Shown: positions 1-9,925, numbered from the stretch's first letter. The stretch: DNA of 47,762 bases from an uncultured Mordavella sp. (GCA_964652805.1 CAZZBJ010000001.1:1-47762), one strand, 5' to 3'. The notes: generated by a model from the letters alone, not told the origin. Numbers and translations are program-made.

Positions 1-296
1 ATTCATTCATGAAATCTTCATTTTAGACTTGACTTTTAATAGTTAGTCTTTCATTTTTATGTGTAACATATTATACCAGTGTCCTCATTGAAAGTACAGA
101 TAAGTTTGCGATACGCTTTTGATTGAGTTTTCGCAAAACACTAATGACGGTCTTAGGGCAGCGCTGTTTGTCAGCGGATCATCTGCCAGCCGATTTCTGT
201 TCCTATAGTCGCCGTCTTCCTGGTAAAGAAGCCGGACATATTAATGAACCTCCAATGGCTCTAAAGAATTCTATGGGACCATTTGAAATCAGCACT

Positions 297-629
297 TTAT
301 AAACGGTGTTTTTCACCCCAGTCACACATACTGTCCAAAATCGGTATCAAAGATTTTCCCCGCTCCGTCAAGCTGTATTCCACTTTAGGTGGAATTTGCG
401 GATATTCCTCCCGATGAACAAGCCCGTCCGCCTCCAGTTCTTTTAATGTAGAACTCAGTGTTTTATAGGAAATCGTTTTGATATATTTCTTCAATTCGTT
501 GAAACGAACGACCTTAAATCCCATCAAAGCATATAGGATAAACATCTTATATTTTCCCTGTATCAGCGACATGGTATAGTTAAATCCGGTGTCTTCTAAT
601 TTCGCATCCTTAATACATTCTATGTTCAT
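297..629 (-). CDS. HxlR-family winged-helix transcriptional regulator
   Basis: 110 aa with RFNELKK...ISYKTLSSTLKELEADGLVHREEYPQIPPKVEYSLTERG, the typical HxlR signature; divergent from two flavin reductases. Confidence 0.93.
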   Translation of the reverse strand: MNIECIKDAKLEDTGFNYTMSLIQGKYKMFILYALMGFKVVRFNELKKYIKTISYKTLSSTLKELEADGLVHREEYPQIPPKVEYSLTERGKSLIPILDSMCDWGEKHRL

Positions 630-667
630 TTTACACTCTCCTGTAAGTAAGTATTGAACTCTGCTGT

Positions 668-694
668 AAGTATCGCACTTAAATGTGCGTACTT
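668..694. promoter_or_regulatory. Probable HxlR operator (inverted repeat) in the divergent promoter region
   Basis: aagta-t-CGCAC-ttaaat-GTGCG-tactt palindrome between hxlR and the flavin reductase gene; TATAAT at 721-726. Confidence 0.55.
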
Positions 695-776
695 GTTTTT
701 CTTGCCATTCTCGTTATGATTATAATAGCAAAGGCGGATAAAGTCAATCCGGCCAACACGGAAAGGAGTCATAGCT

Positions 777-1349
777 ATGTCAAAGAATCTGGGTGTTAAA
801 CCCTACTTGTTTCCTATGCCGACTTACATGATCGGCACCTATAACGAAGATAACACAGTGGATGTTATGATGATGGCCTGGGGCGGTATCTGCGCCGAGG
901 ACATGGTTGCGCTGAACCTGGAAGCAGAACACAAAACGGTAGCCAATCTTGAGGTGAGAAAAGCCTTTACCCTCGCCGTTCCCGGGACGGATACGCTGCG
1001 GGAATCCGATTTTCTCGGAATCGCCAGTTCCAACAAGATGGCAGACAAATTTGAGCGTACCGGTCTCCACGCCATCAAAAGTGAGCGGGTGGACGCTCCG
1101 GTTATCACCGCGTATCCTCTTACGCTGGAGTGTGAGGTTGTGGAAATGCAGTCCCAGCCCTATGGCCTGCGGGTGCTGGGAAAAATCATCAATGTGATCG
1201 CAGACGAAAAGATTTTGGATGATGCCGGAAAGATCGATGCCGGAAAAATTCACGCTTTCACTTTTGACCAGATGCAGAACGGCTACTATGCCGTTGGCGA
1301 AAAGGTGGGGCAGGCATGGCACAGCGGTGCCGACTTAATGCATAAATAA
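777..1349 (+). CDS. Flavin reductase-like FMN-binding protein (flavoredoxin type)
   Basis: 190 aa with LFPMPTYMIGTY, AWGG, and VDAPVI...LTLECEV motifs; GAAAGGAG RBS upstream. Confidence 0.9.
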   Translation: MSKNLGVKPYLFPMPTYMIGTYNEDNTVDVMMMAWGGICAEDMVALNLEAEHKTVANLEVRKAFTLAVPGTDTLRESDFLGIASSNKMADKFERTGLHAIKSERVDAPVITAYPLTLECEVVEMQSQPYGLRVLGKIINVIADEKILDDAGKIDAGKIHAFTFDQMQNGYYAVGEKVGQAWHSGADLMHK

Positions 1350-1413
1350 AAAATTCAAAAAGCCTTGTGCTTTGAACATTCATTTTATCACACAAAGAAA
1401 GGAATTGATCGCA

Positions 1414-1911
1414 ATGAAAAAAATCACTTTGCCTAAGGCGTCTCAACTGACTTCCCCCAACCCGGTAACGGTGGTATGCACCCAAAAGCCGGATGGCTCC
1501 ACTAATCTTGCTACGGTATCCTGGTGGACTTATCTCTCCTACAATCCGAATATGGTTGCCTATGCTATGGCTAAGACTTCTTACAGCGGTGAGATGACAA
1601 GGAATAACAAAAAGGTCATTCTTACCATCCCAGGTGCAGAGATTGCGGACGCTGTACTTGGCTGCGGCAGCACCACCGGACGCAATACAGATAAAGTCGC
1701 CAAATTCAACATTGAACTGGCCAAGGTAGAGGGAAGTTCCATCAAAATCCCCGCCCACAGCCGCGTTGCCATTGTCTGCAGCCTGAAAGAATATCACGAA
1801 GCGGGAGATCATTACCTATATATCTGCGATGTGGAACAGGTCTATGGGGATGAAACAGAAGAAGCTCTGTTCGCATGGGACGGTTATTCCCAGCTTCGTC
1901 CGGCGAAATAA
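1414..1911 (+). CDS. Flavin reductase family protein (second copy)
   Basis: Start moved to ATG 1414 after the GAAAGGA RBS; PNPVTVV, NLATVSW, CGSTTGR, EAGDHYLYICDV motifs. Confidence 0.88.
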   Translation: MKKITLPKASQLTSPNPVTVVCTQKPDGSTNLATVSWWTYLSYNPNMVAYAMAKTSYSGEMTRNNKKVILTIPGAEIADAVLGCGSTTGRNTDKVAKFNIELAKVEGSSIKIPAHSRVAIVCSLKEYHEAGDHYLYICDVEQVYGDETEEALFAWDGYSQLRPAK

Positions 1912-1924
1912 GGGGAGGGTTGGA

Positions 1925-1994
1925 ATGGACTTTTTACAACTGGCGACAGATCGCTGTTCTGTCCGTTCCTTTTTTTGACCGCCTGATTGAGCCA
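1925..1994 (+). pseudogene. Nitroreductase N-terminal remnant (frameshifted and truncated)
   Basis: GGGGAGG RBS then MDFLQLATDRCSVRSF; a 7-T run gives TGA at 1976-1978, and the shifted frame continues FDRLIEP, matching the RxSVRxFxDxPIE start of nitroreductases; homology then ends. Confidence 0.65.
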
Positions 1995-1995
1995 T

Positions 1996-2111
1996 ATACG
2001 TCCATTCTTTTGACCTCCTGTGTTATTTTATTTGTGGTTTTGCAGATCCACTTATTATCATAACACAGGAGGTTCTTATTTTTCCTGTTACACAAAAAGT
2101 TCTTCTGCCTC
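1996..2111 (-). mobile_element. Probable left-end remnant of an insertion sequence (IS256-family-like)
   Basis: Minus strand begins GAGGCAGAAGAACTTTTTGTGTAAC, recalled as resembling IS256-family ends; 14-bp perfect inverted repeat (2013-2026/2060-2073) covering an AGGAGG RBS; ATG at 2005 has no real ORF behind it. Confidence 0.4.
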
Positions 2112-2126
2112 TTTTTGTTCTGTGTC

Positions 2127-2750
2127 TTACTTCTGCCGCACCCGGTAGATGGCCTCCAGTGCGTCCACAATCCCGTCCACGCCCATAAGGCTGGCGTTGA
2201 AGAGGATCTGGTGGGACTCGATGCTGCCCCAGGGTCTCTGCGCATGGGTCTCATAGTAGAGTCTTCTCTCCCGGTCGGTCCGCCTTATTTTGTCCCAGGC
2301 CTGCTTGTCGTTCAGCTTGTAGATCCGGGAGATCCTGCGTATTCGGTCCTCCTTAAAGGCGTGGATGAACACGTGGATGCAGCTGCTGTAGTCTCCCAGG
2401 ATGTAGTCCGCGCATCTGCCCACGATGACGCAGGAGCCCCGGGCAGCCAGCTTCTTCACAAGCTCTGTCTGCACCTGGTACATCTGCTCGCTTAAGGGCT
2501 CCACATTTTCTCCGCTCATAAAGGTGGTGTAATCCCCCAGGCTCACCATACAGGAGGACAGGAACCGGCCAAGAGAGGTCTCGTTGACATTCTCCGCAGC
2601 CTCGTTACTGATGCCGATCTCCTGGGCCGCCATATGGATCAGATTCCTGTCGTAGAGAGGAATGTCTAGCCGCTGTGCCAGCTTGTTTCCAATCTCGTGG
2701 CCGCCGCTCCCGAACTGGCGTCCAATGGTTATGATGGTGTGGTCTGTCAT
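2127..2750 (-). CDS. Cytidylate kinase-like family protein
   Basis: 207 aa; IITIGRQFGSGG P-loop, VIVGRCADYIL, DRERRLYY. Confidence 0.9.
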   Translation of the reverse strand: MTDHTIITIGRQFGSGGHEIGNKLAQRLDIPLYDRNLIHMAAQEIGISNEAAENVNETSLGRFLSSCMVSLGDYTTFMSGENVEPLSEQMYQVQTELVKKLAARGSCVIVGRCADYILGDYSSCIHVFIHAFKEDRIRRISRIYKLNDKQAWDKIRRTDRERRLYYETHAQRPWGSIESHQILFNASLMGVDGIVDALEAIYRVRQK

Positions 2751-2916
2751 ATGGATCCGCTCCTTTCTTTATCTTCTATCTTTATTATACTTCACACAGA
2801 GCGGATAAGCAAAAAGTTTTAGCGGTTCTCCCCTGATCTAACGGTTCCGGCGGACGTGGTTCCCATGCTTTGTCCGGTTCTTCCGGGTGAAGGATCCTCT
2901 CGAGGCGGAAAAAGAG

Positions 2917-2970
2917 AAAAAGGACACAGCCGGTTCAGCCCGTTTGCGGCGGCGCCGGCTGTGTCTTTTT
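2917..2970. terminator. Intrinsic terminator downstream of the ABC exporter operon
   Basis: 11-bp stem gacacagccgg/ccggctgtgtc flanked by A- and T-tracts. Confidence 0.65.
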
Positions 2971-3097
2971 CTTTCTGGCTCTCGCGTAAGATGTGACATC
3001 TGCAGATGCGTTTAGATATGCTGTCGACATAAGAGATATTAACATAAGGCTTTATGTTGAACAAGCAGGTTCCGCAAAACGCGTCATTTTGTGTCGA

Positions 3098-4939
3098 TCA
3101 GGCACTTTTCTCAAACTGCGCGTTGTACAGTTCCGCATAGAAGCCGTTCTTTGCAAGAAGCTCTTGGTGTTTTCCCTGCTCGATAATATCCCCGTCCTTC
3201 ATGACAAGGATCCTGTCCGCATCCCGGATAGTGGACAGCCTGTGGGCAATGATAAAGCTGGTCCTTCCCTGCATCAGATTGTCCATGGCCTTCTGGATGC
3301 GCATCTCTGTCCTTGTGTCCACAGAGCTGGTGGCTTCGTCCAGGATCAGAATCCTGGGGTCTGCCAGGATAGCTCTGGCGATGGTGAGGAGCTGCTTCTG
3401 ACCCTGGGACACATTGCTGGCCTCCTCGTTGAGAACCATGTCATAGCCTCCCGGAAGAGTCTGCACAAAGCGGTGCACGTAGGCTGCCTTCGCCGCCTCC
3501 ACCACCTCCTCGCGGGTAGCGTCCGGTCGGCCGTAGCGGATATTTTCCTCGATGGTGCCATTAAACAGCCAGGTGTCCTGGAGCACCATGCCGAACATCC
3601 TGCGCAGCTCACCTCTGTTGAAATCCCGCAGGTCGTGACCGTCTATTTTTATAGAGCCGTTGTTTACATCGTAGAACCGCATGAGCAGCTTCACCATGGT
3701 TGTCTTTCCGGCGCCGGTGGGCCCTACGATGGCGATCTTCTGGCCTGGCTCCACCTTTGCGTTAAAGTCGTTAATGATAATGTGGTTCGGATTGTAGCCA
3801 AAGTGCACTTGGTCGAACTCCACCCGTCCCTTCAGGTTTTCTGTGGACACCGGATCCGGAACCGTCTGCTCCTCTTCCTCCTCCTCCAGGAACTCAAAGA
3901 CTCTCTCCGAGGCCGCTGCTGTAGACTGGAGCATATTTGCCACCTGGGCTACCTGCTGGATGGGTTGGGTAAACTGGCGCACATACTGGATAAAGGACTG
4001 GATATCTCCCACCTGGATGGTGTTCCTGATGGCCAGGTACCCGCCCAGGATGGACACTGCCACATACCCCAGATTGCCCACAAACTGCATGATGGGCATC
4101 ATGATACCGGAGAAGAACTGGGACTTCCAGGCGGACTGATAGAGGATTGTGTTTGTGTCGTTGAATGTCTTGATCACGTCCTCTTCTTTATTAAACGCCT
4201 TGACAATATTGTGGCCGCTGTACACCTCTTCCACCTGGCCGTTGATGTGACCAAGATACTCCTGCTGGTCCTTGAAGTACCGCTGTGAGTGCTTTACGAT
4301 GACGGAGAGCAGGCACATGGACAGGGGGAGGATCAGGATGGCAATGACTGTCATCAAGGGGCTGATGCTGAGCATCATCACAAGGACGCCGATGATGGTG
4401 GTCACAGAGGTGATCACCTGCGTAGCACTCTGGTTCAGGCTCTGCCCCAGGGTGTCCACATCGTTGGTGATACGGGACAGGATCTCGCCGTGGGTCATCC
4501 TGTCAAAATATTTCATGGGCATGCGGCCTATCTTCTCGGAAATCTCTTTTCGCAGCCGGTATGTCATTTTCTGGGAAATCCCAGTCATGATATAGCCCTG
4601 TATAAAGGAGAGTACCGCGCTCACCAGATAGAGGACCAGGACACTTAAAAGGATCCGCCCCACCTTGCCGAAATCAATGCCGTCCCCTCCGGAGACCCGG
4701 CTCACAAGGCCGTTGAAGATTTCTGTGGTGGCGTTTCCCAGGATTTTCGGTCCGATGATGTTGAAGGCTGTTCCTCCCACTGCAAAGATCATGACAAAGA
4801 GGAGGGCAATCTTATAACTTCCCATATATGCCATCAGCTTTTTCATGGTGCCCTTGAAGTCCTTTGCCTTCTCTCCCGGCATCATATGTCTTCCGCCGCC
4901 CATGTGGCCGTGTCCTTTTGTCTGTCTTGTCTCCGCCAT
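3098..4939 (-). CDS. ABC exporter, fused permease/ATPase (consensus-site subunit of a heterodimer)
   Basis: 613 aa; TM domain, GPTGAGKT, VSQGQKQ, ILDEATSSVD, IAHRLST. Confidence 0.95.
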   Translation of the reverse strand: MAETRQTKGHGHMGGGRHMMPGEKAKDFKGTMKKLMAYMGSYKIALLFVMIFAVGGTAFNIIGPKILGNATTEIFNGLVSRVSGGDGIDFGKVGRILLSVLVLYLVSAVLSFIQGYIMTGISQKMTYRLRKEISEKIGRMPMKYFDRMTHGEILSRITNDVDTLGQSLNQSATQVITSVTTIIGVLVMMLSISPLMTVIAILILPLSMCLLSVIVKHSQRYFKDQQEYLGHINGQVEEVYSGHNIVKAFNKEEDVIKTFNDTNTILYQSAWKSQFFSGIMMPIMQFVGNLGYVAVSILGGYLAIRNTIQVGDIQSFIQYVRQFTQPIQQVAQVANMLQSTAAASERVFEFLEEEEEEQTVPDPVSTENLKGRVEFDQVHFGYNPNHIIINDFNAKVEPGQKIAIVGPTGAGKTTMVKLLMRFYDVNNGSIKIDGHDLRDFNRGELRRMFGMVLQDTWLFNGTIEENIRYGRPDATREEVVEAAKAAYVHRFVQTLPGGYDMVLNEEASNVSQGQKQLLTIARAILADPRILILDEATSSVDTRTEMRIQKAMDNLMQGRTSFIIAHRLSTIRDADRILVMKDGDIIEQGKHQELLAKNGFYAELYNAQFEKSA

Positions 4940-4940
4940 A

Positions 4941-7178
4941 TCAGACCGCCTCCTTCCTGTCTTTTTCCAGTTCCGCCTCTGAGAGCTGAGAAGACGCGAT
5001 CTGGTAGTACGCCTCGCAGTTTTTCAGAAGCTCCCTGTGTGTCCCTATGCCTGCGATCTTTCCATCGTCCAGGACAATGATCTGCTCCGCGTGGAGGACG
5101 GTGCTGATCCTCTGGGCCACAATGATGACCGCCGCCTCTTTTGTCTTTCTGGCAAGGGCTGCCCGGACGGCCGCGTCGGTCTTGTAGTCCAGGGCAGAAA
5201 AGCTGTCGTCAAAAATAAAAACCTTCGGGTGCTTTGCAATGGCCCTGGCAATGGAAAGTCTCTGCTTCTGCCCGCCGGACACATTGGCTCCGCCCTGGGA
5301 AATGGGACTTTCGTATCTCTTTTTCTTGTGATTGATAAACTCTGTGGCCTGGGCGATCTGTGCCGCCTCCTCCATCTCCTCCCGGGTTCCGTCCGAATTG
5401 CCGTAGAGAATGTTGGATGCGATGTCACCGGAGAAAAGCACGCCCTTCTGGGGCACATAGCCCAGCTGAACACGCAGGTCGTGCTGGGTGATGCTGCGGA
5501 TGTCATGCCCGTCCAGCGTTATTTTTCCCTCTGTCACGTCGTAAAATCGCGGGATCAGGTTGACCAGAGTGGATTTCCCGCTTCCCGTGCTTCCTATGAT
5601 GGCTGTCGTCTGCCCGGGGCGGACAGTGAAGCTCAGATCCTGGAGCACATCTTCCTCTGCCCCCGGATAGCGGAAGGACACGTGGTCAAAGCAGATTTCT
5701 CCCCGGCAGTCCTCCACCTTCTCCGGCTTCTCCGGGTCGCTGATGGAGGCGGCGCTGCGGAGCACTTCATCCACACGCTCCGCGGACACGGCGGCTCTGG
5801 GCAGCATAACGGAGATCATACAGATCATGAGGAAAGACATAATGATCTGCATAGTGTACTGGATAAAGGCCATCATGTCACCCACCTGCATGGTGCCGTC
5901 GTTGACGCTGTAGGCTCCGGTCCAGACAATGAGGACGGAGATGCCGTTCATCACCAGCATCATAACAGGCATCATAAAGGTCATGGCCCGGTTAACAAAC
6001 AGGTTCAGCCTGGTCAGGTCCTTGTTGGCCTTGTCAAACCGCTCCTCCTCATACCGCTCCGTGCCGAAGGCCCGGATAACCTGCAGGCCTGTCAGGATTT
6101 CCCTGGAAACAAGGTTCAGCCGATCCACCATCTTCTGGACGATCTTGAACTTGGGCATGACCACAAGGAAGAGAACGATCACTACCATGAAAATCAGAGC
6201 CACACCAAGAGCGATGATCCAGGTCATGTCCACATTTGTGTTCAGCACCTTCCAGATGCCGCCCACCGCCATGATGGGGGCGTACAGCACCATCCGCAGG
6301 AGCATGACCGTCAGCATCTGGATCTGCTGGATGTCATTGGTGCTCCTGGTGATGAGGGACGCTGTGGAGAATTTGTCGAATTCCCCGTTGGAAAATCCGA
6401 CTACCTTCCGGAAGACCTTTCCCCTGGCTTCCCGGCCCACGCTGGCCGCCACCCGGGAGGCCATAAGTCCCACCGTGATGCTGGCCAGCATGCCAAGCGT
6501 TGCCAGGGCGAGCATTTTCCCTCCTGTGGTGAGGATATAGTGGGTCTGCATGGCATCCATATCTATGCCAAGCTCCTCGTAGGCGGACTGGATATAGAGG
6601 GTGGCCGCCTGCTCCACCATGGTATCGGGCATGCTGTCCATGCTCTCGTCCATCCGGGCCACCACCTGGTCTCTTGCGGCGTCATCCATCATTTCCAGCA
6701 TGTCAAATATGGTCATGTCTGATAAATCCACGCCGACCTGGGCCTGCATCTGCTGGCGCATGGTCTCCTCCATAGATTGGGAGGTGTCGCTGCCGCTCTC
6801 AAACCCGGACACCAGCAGCATGGGTTTTCCCATGATCTCCGCCAGGTCATCCAGCTCCTCTGCGCTGTCTTTTACATTTTCTTTCAGCTCAAGGACGGTG
6901 CCGTCGTAGTCATAGTCCTCCCCGCCGGTCTCCTGGTAGGCGTCTCTCACCGTATCCTGGTCATCAGAGGGAATGAAGAGAAGCAGGCGCTCCAGCTCGT
7001 CCGCAGCGATCTGCTCCGGCACGCTCTCGTCCACACCTCCCTGCTGAATTCCTACATTTACGATATCTGACGTGTAGGTCGGAAGAGACAGGTCACACCA
7101 TGCCTGCACGATCAGCACACACAGGATAGCCAGCACGGCGCCTGCGTGGGGCTTCAGAAATTTTAATAGTTTTATCAT
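4941..7178 (-). CDS. ABC exporter, fused permease/ATPase (degenerate-site subunit, with a large acidic loop after TM1)
   Basis: Start set at ATG 7178 after the AAGGAG RBS; GSTGSGKS, VSGGQKQ, FDDSFSALD and VAQR (degenerate Walker B and switch). Confidence 0.93.
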   Translation of the reverse strand: MIKLLKFLKPHAGAVLAILCVLIVQAWCDLSLPTYTSDIVNVGIQQGGVDESVPEQIAADELERLLLFIPSDDQDTVRDAYQETGGEDYDYDGTVLELKENVKDSAEELDDLAEIMGKPMLLVSGFESGSDTSQSMEETMRQQMQAQVGVDLSDMTIFDMLEMMDDAARDQVVARMDESMDSMPDTMVEQAATLYIQSAYEELGIDMDAMQTHYILTTGGKMLALATLGMLASITVGLMASRVAASVGREARGKVFRKVVGFSNGEFDKFSTASLITRSTNDIQQIQMLTVMLLRMVLYAPIMAVGGIWKVLNTNVDMTWIIALGVALIFMVVIVLFLVVMPKFKIVQKMVDRLNLVSREILTGLQVIRAFGTERYEEERFDKANKDLTRLNLFVNRAMTFMMPVMMLVMNGISVLIVWTGAYSVNDGTMQVGDMMAFIQYTMQIIMSFLMICMISVMLPRAAVSAERVDEVLRSAASISDPEKPEKVEDCRGEICFDHVSFRYPGAEEDVLQDLSFTVRPGQTTAIIGSTGSGKSTLVNLIPRFYDVTEGKITLDGHDIRSITQHDLRVQLGYVPQKGVLFSGDIASNILYGNSDGTREEMEEAAQIAQATEFINHKKKRYESPISQGGANVSGGQKQRLSIARAIAKHPKVFIFDDSFSALDYKTDAAVRAALARKTKEAAVIIVAQRISTVLHAEQIIVLDDGKIAGIGTHRELLKNCEAYYQIASSQLSEAELEKDRKEAV

Positions 7179-7261
7179 GAAATACTTGTCACTCCTTTTT
7201 TGCTCTGGGCTAAAAATTCTTCCCCGGAGCAGGATCTCCTCGGTCTTCAAGAAAAGCTGCT

Positions 7262-7837
7262 TCAGATCCTCGATGCGCGCTCCTCGTTGAACAGGCGGCG
7301 GATGCGCTCCTCAATACCGTGCTCTGCGATGTACTGATATACGGCACGGGGAACCAGATGCTCCCACTCCTGGCCTGTGGCGATGCAGCTGCGGATCCAG
7401 GTGCCGGTTACGCCGCACTCCTCCCTGCCGCGCCGCCAGAGGACTTCCGTCTTCAGGTCAAGCCCCTTCAGTATTTTCAGCTTCTCCTCGTCCCAGCCGT
7501 CGCAGATGCCCAGATAGTAGACGCCGTCGGAGGGCGTGTACTGGGTGATGTATTCGGGGCGGTGGATGGGGAAAGGAACGATCTCATAATCGGTCAGGGG
7601 CACGTTGAACTCCTCCATGGTCTCCCGGATCATCTCATAGCGCTCCAGATAAGTCAGCGGATTGGCCGTCGGCGTGGAGCGTATCTCATCGTTCACCGAC
7701 TCTTTCACGCAGGAGGGATCCGGGTTGGTGATCCCGATATACAACTTCCTGCACCGCATTTTCGCAGCCAGGATATACTCAATATGCTTCAGGTGCGGGA
7801 TCTGAAATCTCGCATTTACAACTCCTTTTTCAACCAT
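7262..7837 (-). CDS. Nicotinamide-nucleotide adenylyltransferase-like nucleotidyltransferase
   Basis: RFQIPHLKH (HxGH-like), IGITNPD, NPLTYLERYEMI, TGTWIR...WEHLVP. Confidence 0.8.
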   Translation of the reverse strand: MVEKGVVNARFQIPHLKHIEYILAAKMRCRKLYIGITNPDPSCVKESVNDEIRSTPTANPLTYLERYEMIRETMEEFNVPLTDYEIVPFPIHRPEYITQYTPSDGVYYLGICDGWDEEKLKILKGLDLKTEVLWRRGREECGVTGTWIRSCIATGQEWEHLVPRAVYQYIAEHGIEERIRRLFNEERASRI

Positions 7838-7959
7838 AACAAACCTCTTTCGTAAAATGCAGATCAAACCTAACGTCAGTAACTGTAAACGAAACTTGTT
7901 CTTTTTCCGACAATGTACTAAAATAATACCAGCACAAACGCACAGGAGGTATCACACAT

Positions 7960-8646
7960 ATGACCGTACAGGAAGACCAGGCATTTCTGGAAAATGCGCT
8001 TCCCTTTTTCCCCAGGCTCTCCCCTTCGGAGAGATCGCTGCTTTTGCAGAGCACCGCATCCGTTTCCTATAAGAAGGGAGCCTCCATCCACCAGGCGGAC
8101 TACAAATGTCTGGGACTTCTCCTCGTAAAAACAGGGGCTCTGCGGGTGTACATCATGTCCGAGGACGGCAGGGAGATCACCCTGTACCGCATCTATCCCG
8201 GAGAGCTGTGCATCCTCTCCGCCTCCTGCGTCCTCTCCTCCATCACCTTTGACGTGTACATAGACGCAGTGGATGACAGCCAGGTTCTACAGGTCAGCTC
8301 CGCTGCCATCTCCCTTCTGATGCACGACAACATCTACGTGGAGTCCTTTGCCAACAAGGCGGCGGCCGAGCGCTTCTCGGACGTCATGTGGGCCATGCAG
8401 CAGATTCTCTTCATGAGCTTTGACAGGCGCCTTGCCATCTTCCTTCTGGATGAGTCCGCCTCCCTTGGCACGGACACTCTCTCCCTGACCCACGAGCAGA
8501 TCGCAAAGCTCATGGGCAGCGCCCGGGAGGTGGTGACCCGGATGCTGAAATATTTCTCCCAGGAGGGCTATGTGTCCCTGGCAAGGGGCAGCGTCACCAT
8601 CCTGAACAAAAAGGCTCTCCGGAAGCTGGCTGACTCTGTGCAGTAG
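7960..8646 (+). CDS. Crp/Fnr family transcriptional regulator
   Basis: 228 aa; cNMP-binding-like domain (GREITLYRIYPGELC) and HTH LTHEQIAKLMGSAREVVTRML; AGGAGG RBS. Confidence 0.93.
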   Translation: MTVQEDQAFLENALPFFPRLSPSERSLLLQSTASVSYKKGASIHQADYKCLGLLLVKTGALRVYIMSEDGREITLYRIYPGELCILSASCVLSSITFDVYIDAVDDSQVLQVSSAAISLLMHDNIYVESFANKAAAERFSDVMWAMQQILFMSFDRRLAIFLLDESASLGTDTLSLTHEQIAKLMGSAREVVTRMLKYFSQEGYVSLARGSVTILNKKALRKLADSVQ

Positions 8647-8708
8647 TCACTCCGGGCTCCCTCATGCTTTTCCCTGTATTGTTTCTTATCCTTATATTAT
8701 TGTAAAAA

Positions 8709-9626
8709 TCAATAGGACGCCTCTATCTTCTTTATCTTCTCATATAAAAATCTGTTGGCCGGCACAGGAATGCCGTATCTCTCGGCCATGGGGATCACAG
8801 TCCCCGCAAACATCTCCACCTCCGAAGGCCGCTTGGACACGGCGTCCTGGCGCATGGAAGGCATGCCCTTCGGGGAGAGAGTACGAAGGATGGCAATGTA
8901 CTCCTCCAGGTCCGCCTCCGTCAGCCGGATGCCTTCCGCACCTGCAAGGGCGATCACCTCCCGCATGGCGGCCAGCATAGTCTCAAGGGCCCGGCTCCCC
9001 TCCGCAAGGGCTCCCCCGTAGTTGGTCTCATAAGCCATACACGTCTGATTGACCCCCACATTCAGCATGAATTTTCCCCAGAGCCGGTGTAGGATATCCT
9101 CCTCCACTGTGTAGGGCATCTTTATCTCGTCAAAATAGGCTGCCACCCGCTCCAGATTGTCCTTCTGAGAGGCGTCCTCCGCACCAATCCGCAGCTCCCC
9201 CATCTTCGTGTAGGTCAGCTTACTGCCGAATTTCATAGCGTCCATTCCCTGGGCCACCGTATCGATCAGGCGCTCATGGCCATACCGCTCCCCGATGATT
9301 TTCTCGCTGCTGATTCCGTTCATCACTGAGAGGATGACTGTATTCTCCCCCACACTGTTTTTCATGGTGTCGAGGGCGCCGGTCAGGCCATTGTACTTCA
9401 CAGCCACGATCACAAGATCCGCCGCAGCGGCGTCCTCACAGCACTCCATCCGAAAGGTCTTCTCCTGCCCGTTGCAGTCAAATACCGTGCCCTTATATTT
9501 TTCATACCGCTCTCTGTCCATGACAAAGGAGACGCCCTCCGGTCCCTTTGCAGAAGCGATCTGATCCCCGTAGAGAAGGCCCAGGGCGCCCATTCCGATG
9601 ATCGCTGTTTTCTCTATCATTCTCAT
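8709..9626 (-). CDS. panE: Ketopantoate reductase family protein
   Basis: 305 aa; IIGMGALG, AVKY, SVMNG, LWGKFMLN, PSMRQD...SEVE. Confidence 0.85.
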   Translation of the reverse strand: MRMIEKTAIIGMGALGLLYGDQIASAKGPEGVSFVMDRERYEKYKGTVFDCNGQEKTFRMECCEDAAAADLVIVAVKYNGLTGALDTMKNSVGENTVILSVMNGISSEKIIGERYGHERLIDTVAQGMDAMKFGSKLTYTKMGELRIGAEDASQKDNLERVAAYFDEIKMPYTVEEDILHRLWGKFMLNVGVNQTCMAYETNYGGALAEGSRALETMLAAMREVIALAGAEGIRLTEADLEEYIAILRTLSPKGMPSMRQDAVSKRPSEVEMFAGTVIPMAERYGIPVPANRFLYEKIKKIEASY

Positions 9627-9684
9627 TTCCTCCTACCTCTTCAGTCTCCTATAAAACAGGATACCACGGACCGGAAAGCATGTA

Positions 9685-9741
9685 AAGAGAGGCCGCCCGG
9701 CCGGGAATCATTTCCTCCTCCCCGGCCGGGCGGCCTCTCTT
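9685..9741 (-). terminator. Long-stem terminator closing the ydjY-like operon
   Basis: 21-bp perfect stem aagagaggccgcccggccggg/cccggccgggcggcctctctt, directly after the stop at 9753. Confidence 0.7.
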
Positions 9742-9752
9742 GTTTTTTCTGT

Positions 9753-9925
9753 CTATTTTTCTGACTGTCCGTTCTTTCTCTGTTCTCTTCGATCTGCCAG
9801 TCGGTCTGTCAGCAGCACGGCCAGGTATCCCAGCAGGGCCGCCGCCAGCAGGACGCCGTTGACAAAGTCCTGGGAGGGCGCCTGTCTGTGCAGCGCCAAC
9901 TGCAGGATAAAGGCCGGCCTTGTCA
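9753..9925 (-). pseudogene. C-terminal remnant of a membrane protein gene
   Basis: Frame gives PAFILQLAL...FVNGVLLAAALLGYLAVLLTDRLADRREQRK (TM helix plus charged tail) with no plausible own start; ends just before the terminator. Confidence 0.5.

Noticed and set aside
1-296. Possible ncRNA or gene start at the window edge
   Set aside because: No recognisable RNA family or ORF, and the upstream context is cut off.
2820-2890. Recurring GGTTC words as a CRISPR or tandem repeat
   Set aside because: Only 5-bp matches at irregular spacing; no repeat-spacer structure and no cas genes.
2993-6722. Long plus-strand ORFs 2993-4288 (431 aa) and 5037-6722 (561 aa)
   Set aside because: Antisense shadows of the GC-rich ABC exporter genes; no recognisable motifs.
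6550-7080. Met/Asp-rich insertion in the ABC exporter as a novel domain
   Set aside because: Large loops after TM1 are, to my knowledge, common in Firmicutes heterodimeric exporters; no specific motif supports more.
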